From NCBI GenBank assembly GCA_035633255.1, contig DASQFD010000018.1:1-24000 (forward strand): a stretch of DNA of 24,000 nucleotides. Reading direction: 5' to 3'. The position numbers and the translations under genes are program-made. Below, in pieces: positions 1-7,390 of this stretch (position 1 is its first letter; each line of letters begins with the position of its first letter). The notes beneath the pieces are model-generated. The model was given only the letters and a program-made list of their open reading frames with translations. It was not told where the DNA came from and did not search any database. The DNA is from Dermatophilaceae bacterium (GTDB taxonomy: Bacteria > Actinomycetota > Actinomycetes > Actinomycetales > Dermatophilaceae).

Positions 1-135
1 GCGCATCCCGGTGTCATCGTCGTCGTAGCGGTAGAGCAGTACGCGTCCGCAGCTGACCAGGACCTGCCCGTCCTCGCTGGTGTGCAGGCGCAGCAGGGTC
101 GGCTCCGGCATCCCGTCCAGGGTGGGCAGATCCAT
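1..135 (-). CDS. N-terminal part of a hypothetical protein; the gene runs off the left edge of the window
   Basis: ATG at 135 on the minus strand and the frame is open to position 1. Translation: MDLPTLDGMPEPTLLRLHTSEDGQVLVSCGRVLLYRYDDDDTGMR. Third codon positions are almost all G/C, as in the real genes here. No family recognised. Confidence 0.45.
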   Translation of the reverse strand, partial: MDLPTLDGMPEPTLLRLHTSEDGQVLVSCGRVLLYRYDDDDTGMR

Positions 136-263
136 CCACACAGCATATCAGATCTTAACTGTTTTCCGATGACAATTCGCGAAGAGAAAGCCCTGATCAC
201 AGGGCTGGTCGGTCAGCTACTTCCGGAGGTCTGAGCCTGCTGACGTTCTTCTCCTCCACCGAG

Positions 264-758
264 ATGACTCGCCTGAACGCGACCGCGGACCTGCTCAACG
301 CGACGATCGCGCAGGCCGCGCAGACCGCCGGTGTCGGCTTCGTCAACCCCGCCCCGGCCTTCCTCGGCCACGCCGTGTGCGACTCCTCGCCGTGGCTGAA
401 CAACCTCACCTCGCCGACCTCGGAGTCCTTCCACCCCAACCGCGCCGGCCACGCCTCGGGCTACACGCCCACGGTGAGCCCCAGCCTGACCGGAGCTCCC
501 GTCACTGCGACCTCGGCCGTCCTGCGGACCGCCGAGGGCGCCGGGGCCGCGCAGGCGAAGAGGCAGCGCGGGTATGCCGCCTTGGACCGCACCATCACGC
601 CCAAGGAGTTCCGCCTGCCTGACCTCCACAGCCCGCGGGTCCGGGCGGCGGCGGAGCGCGCCGGAGTGGACGTCGACGACCCGGCCAGCGTGGCCGCCGC
701 GGACCGCGTCTGGTCCGCCCGGCAGGACGCCGCCCGGCAGGCGCAGCCCGCTCGGTGA
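264..758 (+). pseudogene. C-terminal remnant of an SGNH/GDSL-family lipase/esterase; the 5' catalytic half is missing
   Basis: The ORF holds only the last conserved SGNH block (SFHPNRAGHASGY, the D/x-x-H region) preceded by LNATADLLNATIAQAA...GVGFVNP...FLGHAVCDSSPW. There is no signal peptide, no GDS(L) block I and no block III. The frame is open upstream only to a TAA at 156-158, inside an AT-rich stretch. Confidence 0.55.
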
Positions 759-846
759 CCCGGCGGCCCGTCGCCTGGCGCGGCGGGCGCCGAGGGCGCC
801 GCTGCTGGTCCTGGTCCCGGTCCGGGTCACCGGGGCGTGCTCGCCC

Positions 847-1695
847 TCAGGCCGGTGCGCCGCGACCCGCCCGTATGCCGTCCAGCCAGTCCAGCCACGC
901 CGCCAGCCCCTCCCCGGTGCGGGCACTGAGGTGGAGCAGGCGCGCTGCCGGGTTGACGGCATACACGTTGTGCTCGAACAGGTCGAGGTCGACGTCCAGG
1001 TGCGGGACGAGGTCGACCTTGCCCACGAGGACGAGCTCGACCGCGCGGAACATCACCGGGTACTTCAGGGGCTTCTCCTCGCCCTCGGTCACCGACGCGA
1101 CCATCACCCGGTGGTGCACCCCGACGTCGAACTCCGCGGGGCAGACCAGGTTGCCGACGTTCTCGACGAGGACGAGGTCCAGGTCTTCGAGGTCGAGGCC
1201 GGCGAGCCCGCGCGCCACCATCGGCGCGTCGAGGTGGCACTCACCGCCGAAGCCGGCACCGGTGTTGACGAGCGAGACCCGCGCGCCCAGGCCGGCCAGC
1301 CGGTCGGCGTCCAGCGCGGTCTCGATGTCGCCCACCACGACCCCGGCGCGGACCCCGCGCCGCGCTAGCTCCGGCAGGGTGCGGGCGAGCAGCGCGGTCT
1401 TGCCGGCGCCGGGCGAGGACATCAGGTTGACCCCGACGACGCCGGCCGCGTCCAGGGCGGCCCGGTTGGCGGCTGCGAGGGCGTCGTTCTCCCCGAGGAT
1501 GCGCTCGAGCACCGCGACCCGCTCCGGGCCGGTGCGGTAGCCGGAGTGGTCCCCGAGGTCGTCGTGCCGGTGCCCGACGTCGTCGGGCGGGTACCCGGTC
1601 CCGTCGTGCCGGTGCCCGGGCCCGTCGTCGTCAATGTGCCCGGTCCGGTCGTGCACGTGCCCCGTGCCGTCGTCGTGCACGTGGAACCTACCCAT
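847..1695 (-). CDS. hypB: Hydrogenase nickel-incorporation GTPase HypB with a His/Asp-rich N-terminus
   Basis: 282 aa. The N-terminus is HVHDDGTGHVHDRTGHIDDDGPGHRHDG...GHRHDD. P-loop SSPGAGKT, then ENVGNLVCPAEFD and KVDL motifs. The start overlaps the hypA stop by 8 nt. Confidence 0.93.
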   Translation of the reverse strand: MGRFHVHDDGTGHVHDRTGHIDDDGPGHRHDGTGYPPDDVGHRHDDLGDHSGYRTGPERVAVLERILGENDALAAANRAALDAAGVVGVNLMSSPGAGKTALLARTLPELARRGVRAGVVVGDIETALDADRLAGLGARVSLVNTGAGFGGECHLDAPMVARGLAGLDLEDLDLVLVENVGNLVCPAEFDVGVHHRVMVASVTEGEEKPLKYPVMFRAVELVLVGKVDLVPHLDVDLDLFEHNVYAVNPAARLLHLSARTGEGLAAWLDWLDGIRAGRGAPA

Positions 1696-2029
1696 CGGCC
1701 ACCTCCAGTGCGGCGACGAGGAACTCCTCGCCGCGGACCACCCGCACGGCCCTGGACCCGCACGACCGGCACGCGACGACGAGCAGGTCGGTGACGCCGG
1801 TCGTGGTCCCGCACGCGGGGCAGGACAGGGTCACCGGCACGTGGTCGATCCGCAGGGCCGACCCGGCGAGCGGCGTCTCCGCGGTGACCACCTCCCAGCA
1901 CGCGACGAGTGTCTCGGGCACCACCTGGCGCAGCTGCCCCACCGTCAGCTCGACGCTCTCGACGACGCGGCCACCCCGCGCGCGGTCGACGACCTCGTAG
2001 ATCGAACTGCACAGCGCCAACTCGTGCAC
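1688..2029 (-). CDS. hypA: Hydrogenase nickel-insertion zinc protein HypA
   Basis: Canonical N-terminus (V/M)HELALCSSIY from a GTG at 2029, giving 113 aa. The ORF-track ATG at 2062 would add 11 atypical residues. Zinc CxxC pairs are CPACG and CRSCG. Confidence 0.88.
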   Translation of the reverse strand: MHELALCSSIYEVVDRARGGRVVESVELTVGQLRQVVPETLVACWEVVTAETPLAGSALRIDHVPVTLSCPACGTTTGVTDLLVVACRSCGSRAVRVVRGEEFLVAALEVADG

Positions 2030-2090
2030 GGGGCCACTCTGGCACGGCCGGGATGAGGACACACCGGCGCCGGCGTCCTACCGTGGGCCT

Positions 2091-4610
2091 GTGCCAGACG
2101 AGCCGGCTGCTGGTGTGACCGCGGTCCGGCGCGTGGTCGAGGCGACCGGAGTCGTCCAGGGCGTGGGCATGCGCCCCTTCCTCGCCCGCCTCGCCCGCGA
2201 GCTGCACCTCTCCGGCTGGTGCGCCAACACCTCCTCCCGCGTGCAGGTCGAGGTCGAGGGGCCGTCCGCGGCGGTGGCCGAGTTCGAGCGCCGCGTCGTC
2301 GAGGAGGCCCCGCCGCTCGCGGTCCTGGCCACGGTCACCTCGCGCACCGTGACGACGCGCGGCGGCTCCGGCTTCGTCGTCGTCGACAGCACCCCGGACG
2401 CGGGCGCCCGCACCCTGGTCGCCCCGGACACCGCACCGTGTCCCGACTGCCTGCGGGAGTTCGCCGACCCGGGCGACCGGCGCCACCGTCACCCGTTCGT
2501 CACGTGCACCAACTGCGGACCGCGGTTCACCATCACCCTCGACCTGCCCTACGACCGCCCCAACACGACCATGGCCGGCTTCCCGATGTGCCCCCGGTGC
2601 ACCGCCGAGTATGCCGACCCGCGCGACCGGCGCTTCCACGCCCAGCCGATCGGGTGTCACGACTGCGGGCCGAGGCTGACGCTGCGGGGCGCGGACGGCA
2701 CACCCCTTGCGACCGCACTGGACGACGTCGTCGCGGGGGCGGTCGACCTCCTGGCCGCGGGCCGCGTCGTCGCGGTCAAGGGGCTCGGCGGCTACCACCT
2801 GGCCTGCGCCGCGGGGAACCCGGAGGCGGTCGCCCGCCTGCGGGAGCGCAAGCACCGGCCGCACCAGCCGTTCGCCGTCATGGTGCGCGACCTCGCCGCG
2901 GCGGAACGGCTCGTGGACCTCACCTCGGGGGCGCGGGCGCTGCTGACCTGCCCGGCCCGGCCGATCGTCCTGCTCCGCCGGCGCGCGGACGGCGCAGACC
3001 GGGCCGCCCCCGTGACGAACTTGCCAATAGGCAGCTTCGTGACACCCGACCCCGTGACGAACTTGCCTATTGGCAGCTTCGTGACGGTCGATGGTGCCGT
3101 GGCGCCGGGGCTGGACGACCTCGGGCTGCTGCTGCCCTACACCCCCGCCCACCACCTGCTCTTCGAGGAGGCGCCCTACTCGGCGATCGTCATGACGTCG
3201 GGGAACCGCAGCGGGGAGCCGCTGTGCGTCGACGACGACGACGCGCTGCGCCGGCTGCCCGGCATCGCCGACGTCTTCCTCACCCACGACCGGCCGATCG
3301 CCGTGCCGTGCGAGGACTCGGTCATGGCGCTCGACGCCGAGGACCGCCCGCTCCCGGTGCGCCGCTCCCGTGGCTACGCGCCGCTGCCCATCCCGCTGCC
3401 CACCGTGCCGACGGTGCCGACCGTGCCCGTGCCACCCGAGCCGATCCCGGGCCCCGAGCCCCCGCCGCCGGTCGTGCTGGCGGCCGGCGCCGAGCTCAAG
3501 AACACCTTCACGCTGGTCCGCGACGGGCTGGCCTTCGTCAGCGCCCACGTCGGCGACCTGGGCACCCTGGAGGCGCACACGGCATACGAGCGGGCCGTGG
3601 CGCAGGCCGAGCGGTTCCACCGGGCCGCCCCCACGCTGGTCGTCGCCGACCGGCACCCGGGCTACCGGAGCCGGGCGGACGCGGCCCGGCGGGCCGAGGA
3701 CCTGGGCGTGCCGCTGCTGGAGGTGCAGCACCACCACGCGCACCTCGCGGCGCTCGCGGCGGAGCACCAGCACCTCGACGCACCGCTCGTCGGCCTGGTC
3801 CTCGACGGCACCGGCTACGGCTGCGACGCGACGGTCTGGGGCGGGGAGCTGCTGGCGCTGCGCGACGGGGGCCGGACGGCCGCCCGCCTCGGCCACCTGG
3901 GGGTGTTGCCGCTACCCGGTGGTGACGCCGGCGTCCGCCACCCGGTGCGCATGGCCGCCGCAGCGATGCTCGCCTCCGGGCTTGGGCTCGAGCCGGGTGC
4001 GCCGGTGCCCGACGAGCTCACCGAGCACGAGCGGCGGCAGGTCCCCCGGCTGCTCGAGGGCTGCAGCGGGTGGGTCGCCACGAGCAGCGCGGGGCGGCTC
4101 TTCGACGTGGCCGCCTCGATGCTCGGGGTCCGGCACCGGGTCACCTACGAGGCGCAGGCGGCGGTCGAGCTGGAGGCGCTCGCGACCCGCTGGGCCCGCC
4201 GCGTTGGCACGGCCGGCGCGGCCCGCGCGGCCGGCGCGGCGGTGCCCCTGCCGACCGTCGCGCCGGACGGCGGAGTCCTCGACCCCCGCCCGTGGGTCCG
4301 TGCGCTGGACGCCGGGGTGCGCGCCGGGGCCCACCGCGGGGAGCTGGCCTGGGCGTTCCACGCGGCCCTCGCCGACGGCGCTGCCGAGCTCGCGGCCGGG
4401 GGGGCCACCGCCGAGGGCGCCGACGTCGTCGGCCTGACCGGCGGGGTGTTCCAGAACCGGCTGCTCACCGCGCTGGTCCGGAACGCCCTGGCCGCACGGG
4501 GGCTGCGCGTCCTCACCCACCGCGTCGTGCCGCCGAACGACGGCGGCCTGTCCCTCGGCCAGGCGGCGGTCGGCCTTGCCTCCCTCGCACACCCCGGCGG
4601 TATGCCGTGA
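2091..4610 (+). CDS. hypF: Carbamoyltransferase HypF (hydrogenase maturation)
   Basis: 839 aa. Acylphosphatase-like N-terminus (VQGVGMRPF). Two zinc-finger pairs: CPDC...CTNCGPRFT and CPRC...CHDCGPRLT. YrdC-like region (GLGGYHLAC, RPIVLL) and a Kae1-like C-terminal half. Divergent from hypA. Confidence 0.95.
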   Translation: MPDEPAAGVTAVRRVVEATGVVQGVGMRPFLARLARELHLSGWCANTSSRVQVEVEGPSAAVAEFERRVVEEAPPLAVLATVTSRTVTTRGGSGFVVVDSTPDAGARTLVAPDTAPCPDCLREFADPGDRRHRHPFVTCTNCGPRFTITLDLPYDRPNTTMAGFPMCPRCTAEYADPRDRRFHAQPIGCHDCGPRLTLRGADGTPLATALDDVVAGAVDLLAAGRVVAVKGLGGYHLACAAGNPEAVARLRERKHRPHQPFAVMVRDLAAAERLVDLTSGARALLTCPARPIVLLRRRADGADRAAPVTNLPIGSFVTPDPVTNLPIGSFVTVDGAVAPGLDDLGLLLPYTPAHHLLFEEAPYSAIVMTSGNRSGEPLCVDDDDALRRLPGIADVFLTHDRPIAVPCEDSVMALDAEDRPLPVRRSRGYAPLPIPLPTVPTVPTVPVPPEPIPGPEPPPPVVLAAGAELKNTFTLVRDGLAFVSAHVGDLGTLEAHTAYERAVAQAERFHRAAPTLVVADRHPGYRSRADAARRAEDLGVPLLEVQHHHAHLAALAAEHQHLDAPLVGLVLDGTGYGCDATVWGGELLALRDGGRTAARLGHLGVLPLPGGDAGVRHPVRMAAAAMLASGLGLEPGAPVPDELTEHERRQVPRLLEGCSGWVATSSAGRLFDVAASMLGVRHRVTYEAQAAVELEALATRWARRVGTAGAARAAGAAVPLPTVAPDGGVLDPRPWVRALDAGVRAGAHRGELAWAFHAALADGAAELAAGGATAEGADVVGLTGGVFQNRLLTALVRNALAARGLRVLTHRVVPPNDGGLSLGQAAVGLASLAHPGGMP
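3008..3091 (+). repeat. In-frame 42-bp tandem duplication (2 copies) of low-GC sequence inside hypF
   Basis: A 36-nt core, CCCCGTGACGAACTTGCC(A/T)AT(A/T)GGCAGCTTCGTGAC, occurs at 3008-3043 and 3050-3085. The copies differ only by two synonymous third-position changes. It encodes PVTNLPIGSFVT twice using rare codons (aac ttg cca ata / cct att). Each unit is an imperfect hairpin, ACGAAcTTGCC-AATA-GGCAgcTTCGT. Confidence 0.9.
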
Positions 4611-4711
4611 CCGCGCGACGTGGTGCCCCGCCGACTCCGCCCGGGGTCGAGGTGATGCGCGGCGCGGCGCAGTAGGGTCGGTGACCTCGACGTCGGGCAG
4701 GAGGGGAGCGG

Positions 4712-5761
4712 ATGCGCACCACCGAGCGCGGTCGACGGCGCCCGCCCCTGACCGACACGCACGTCACGCTCGCGCACGGGGCAGGGGGCAAGTCCTCGGC
4801 CGCGCTGACCGAGGCGGTCTTCCTCCCGGCGTTCGGCAACCCGGCCCTGGACCTGCTCGGTGACAGCGCCGTCCTCGACGTCGCCTCGGGCGTGCGGCTC
4901 GCCTTCTCCACCGACTCCTACGTCGTCTCCCCGATCCGCTTTCCCGGCGGGTCGATCGGGCACCTCGCGGTGCACGGCACCGTGAACGACCTGGCCGTCG
5001 CGGGCGCCGTGCCGCGGTGGCTGTCGGCGGCGTTCGTCCTGGAGGAGGGCGTCGCCGTCCAGACCCTGCGGGAGGTGGTCGCCGACATGCGCGCCGCGGC
5101 GTCCGACGCCGGGGTGGAGATCGTCGCGGGGGACACCAAGGTGGTCCCCAGGGGCGCGGCGGACCTCCTCTACGTCACGACCGCGGGCGTCGGCGTGGTC
5201 CCGGCAGGGCGTCACCTCGGCGCCCACCTGGTCCGGCCCGGTGACGCGGTCGTGCTCTCGGGGTCGATGGGTCGGCACGGGATGGCGGTCATGCTGGCCC
5301 GCGACGAGCTCGCCATCGAGGCGGACATCACCTCCGACACCGCGGCCCTGAACGGTCTCGTCGAGGCGCTGCTGGCCGCGGTGCCCGGAACCCGCTGGAT
5401 GCGCGACGCCACCCGGGGCGGGGTCGGCACGGTCGCCAACGAGCTGGCCCGCGCGAGCGGCCTCGGCGTCGTCCTGCAGGAGGAGCGGCTCCCCGTGCAG
5501 CCGGTCGTCCGCGGCGCCTGTGACCTGCTCGGGATCGACCCCATCTACGTCGCCAACGAGGGGCTGCTCGTCGCCGTCGTCCCCGCGCCGGACGCCGACG
5601 CTGCGGTGCAGGCCTTGCGCGCCTCCCCCCTCGGCAGCGACGCTGTGGTGGTCGGCGAGGTCGTCGACGGGCCCGCCGGGCTCGTCGCGATGCGCACCAC
5701 GTTCGGCGGGACCCGGCTGGTCGACCTGCTCGTGGGCGACCCACTGCCGCGGATCTGCTGA
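4712..5761 (+). CDS. hypE: Hydrogenase maturation protein HypE (carbamoyl dehydratase)
   Basis: 349 aa. AIR-synthase-like fold motifs (HGAGGK) and the diagnostic C-terminal PRIC. AGGAGG-like RBS upstream. Confidence 0.94.
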   Translation: MRTTERGRRRPPLTDTHVTLAHGAGGKSSAALTEAVFLPAFGNPALDLLGDSAVLDVASGVRLAFSTDSYVVSPIRFPGGSIGHLAVHGTVNDLAVAGAVPRWLSAAFVLEEGVAVQTLREVVADMRAAASDAGVEIVAGDTKVVPRGAADLLYVTTAGVGVVPAGRHLGAHLVRPGDAVVLSGSMGRHGMAVMLARDELAIEADITSDTAALNGLVEALLAAVPGTRWMRDATRGGVGTVANELARASGLGVVLQEERLPVQPVVRGACDLLGIDPIYVANEGLLVAVVPAPDADAAVQALRASPLGSDAVVVGEVVDGPAGLVAMRTTFGGTRLVDLLVGDPLPRIC

Positions 5762-5789
5762 AGCCGGCCCGACGGAAGGGAGGACGCCC

Positions 5790-6077
5790 TTGTGCCTCGG
5801 CATACCCGGCCAGGTCGTCGAGATGACCGACCCGGAGCAGCACCTCGCCACCGTCGACGTCTCCGGCGCCCGACGGGCCGTCAGCGTGCGGCTCCTCGCC
5901 GACGAGGGGGTGGCCGTCGGGGACTGGGTCCTCGTGCACGTGGGCTTCGCCATGGCGAGGATCGACGAGGACGAGGCCGCCGAGACCCTGCGCGCCCTGG
6001 AGCACCTGGGGCAGCTCTACCGGGACGAGGTCGACGCGTTCAGCGCCGCGGTGCCGGAACGGCATACCAGCGCATGA
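5790..6077 (+). CDS. hypC: Hydrogenase assembly chaperone HypC
   Basis: A TTG start at 5790 gives the canonical (M)CLGIPGQVVEM N-terminus, 95 aa. GGAAGGGAGGA RBS upstream. The stop overlaps the hypD ATG (ATGA). Confidence 0.88.
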   Translation: MCLGIPGQVVEMTDPEQHLATVDVSGARRAVSVRLLADEGVAVGDWVLVHVGFAMARIDEDEAAETLRALEHLGQLYRDEVDAFSAAVPERHTSA

Positions 6078-7198
6078 GGTTCGTCGACGAGTTCCGGGAC
6101 CCGGCGGCCGCGCGGGCGCTGGTGGCGGCCATCGAGGCCGTGCCGCTGCCCGGGCCGGTGGCGCTGATGGAGGTGTGCGGGGGGCACACCCACACGATCT
6201 ACCGGCACGGCCTGGAGCACCTGCTGCCCGACACCGTGGAGCTGGTGCACGGGCCCGGCTGCCCGGTGTGCGTCATCCCGACCGGGCGGGTGGACGACGC
6301 CATCTGGCTGGCCGAGCAGCCGGGCGTCGTCCTGACCACCTTCGCCGACATGATGCGGGTGCCCGGCTCGAGCGGCTCCCTCCTCGACGCCAAGGCGCGG
6401 GGCGCCGACGTCCGCTTCGTCTACTCACCGCTCGACGCGCTCCGCCTCGCCGCGCGCAGCCCGGACCGGCACGTCGTGTTCTTCGCCGTCGGCTTCGAGA
6501 CCACGGCCCCGTCCACGGCCGTGACGCTGCTGCAGGCCCGCGCCCTCGGGGTGGAGAACTTCTCGGTGTTCTCCAACCACGTGACGATCGGGCCGCCGCT
6601 GGAGGCCATCCTCGACGCGGCCGAGGTGCGGCTCGACGGCTTCCTCGGCCCCGGCCACGTCGCCACGGTCACCGGGCTCGACGTCTTCGAGCCGATCGTG
6701 CGGGAGCACCACGTCCCGCTCGTCGTCGCCGGCTTCGAGCCGCTCGACATCCTCTCCGCCGTCCACATGCTGCTCGTGCAGGTCGCCGAGGGGCGCGCGG
6801 AGGTCGGCAACCAGTACGGCCGCGTGGTGCGACGCGAGGGCAACCCGGAGGCACTGCGCCTGATGGCCCAGACGCTCGCGCTGAGGGACGCCTTCGAGTG
6901 GCGCGGCCTCGGCGACATCCCCCGCTCGGGCCTGAGGGTCCACCCCGACTTCGCGACGTGGGACACCGAGCGCCGCTTCGACGTGCCGGGCCTGCGGGTC
7001 GCCGACCACCGCGCGTGCCAGTGCGGGTCGGTGCTGCGCGGGGTGATCAAGCCGTGGGAGTGCAAGGTGTTCGGCAAGGGCTGCGCTCCCGAGCGTCCGC
7101 TGGGCACCTGCATGGTCTCCCCGGAGGGCGCGTGCGCGGCCTACTACACCTTCGGCCGGACGAGCAACGACGCCGCCGGCCTCCTGGCGCGTCGATGA
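6074..7198 (+). CDS. hypD: Hydrogenase maturation Fe-S protein HypD
   Basis: 374 aa from the ATG at 6074 (MRFVDEFRD). Motifs CGGHTH, GPGCPVCV, FETTAP and C-terminal cysteines. The longer ORF-track start at 5792 is an out-of-context extension across hypC. Confidence 0.94.
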   Translation: MRFVDEFRDPAAARALVAAIEAVPLPGPVALMEVCGGHTHTIYRHGLEHLLPDTVELVHGPGCPVCVIPTGRVDDAIWLAEQPGVVLTTFADMMRVPGSSGSLLDAKARGADVRFVYSPLDALRLAARSPDRHVVFFAVGFETTAPSTAVTLLQARALGVENFSVFSNHVTIGPPLEAILDAAEVRLDGFLGPGHVATVTGLDVFEPIVREHHVPLVVAGFEPLDILSAVHMLLVQVAEGRAEVGNQYGRVVRREGNPEALRLMAQTLALRDAFEWRGLGDIPRSGLRVHPDFATWDTERRFDVPGLRVADHRACQCGSVLRGVIKPWECKVFGKGCAPERPLGTCMVSPEGACAAYYTFGRTSNDAAGLLARR

Positions 7199-7291
7199 CG
7201 CCGTTCGTCGCAGTCGGAGGACCGCAGCCACACGTCACACCCCCGGTGGGGTGCGGGTTCGGGGCGCCGGGCGTAGCGTTCCCGGACATCG

Positions 7292-7309
7292 ACAGACGCG
7301 CCCTTCACC
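7292..7309 (+). terminator. Short perfect hairpin downstream of hypD (possible hyp/hox inter-operon terminator or attenuator)
   Basis: GCCCTTC-ACCC-GAAGGGC, a 7-bp perfect stem with a 4-nt loop, about 95 nt after the hypD stop and about 80 nt before hoxF. There is no T-tract. Confidence 0.3.
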
Positions 7310-7390
7310 CGAAGGGCTGACTCACCCGCCACCGGGCAGCGCAGCACCGGGCTGCCCCGTCGTGGCGCCAACGCGACGGAGGCCGTCGGT

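Noticed and set aside
1540-1695. Nucleotide repeats (GTCGTGCCGGTGCCC twice) and His/Asp repeats at the 5' end of hypB.
   Set aside because: His-rich, internally repetitive N-termini are a known nickel-storage feature of many HypB proteins, so this is not a separate element.
3008-3091. The hypF repeat as a CRISPR array or independent mobile element.
   Set aside because: There are only two copies, directly adjacent with a 42-bp period. They are in-frame and translated identically. No spacers, terminal inverted repeats with target duplication, or cas or transposase genes are nearby.
1422-3896. Very long ORFs antisense to or overlapping the annotated genes: 1422-3896 (-), 4145-5953 (-), 7322-8935 (-), 9852-12356 (-), 12499-14142 (-), 16127-19030 (-) and 19008-21029 (+), plus many Arg/Pro/Gly-rich alternative-frame ORFs.
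   Set aside because: - Stop codons are rare in off-frames of very GC-rich DNA.
- The translations are low-complexity (R/P/G/A-rich) and carry no motifs.
- The opposite or alternative frame in each case encodes a clearly recognisable protein with strong GC3 bias.
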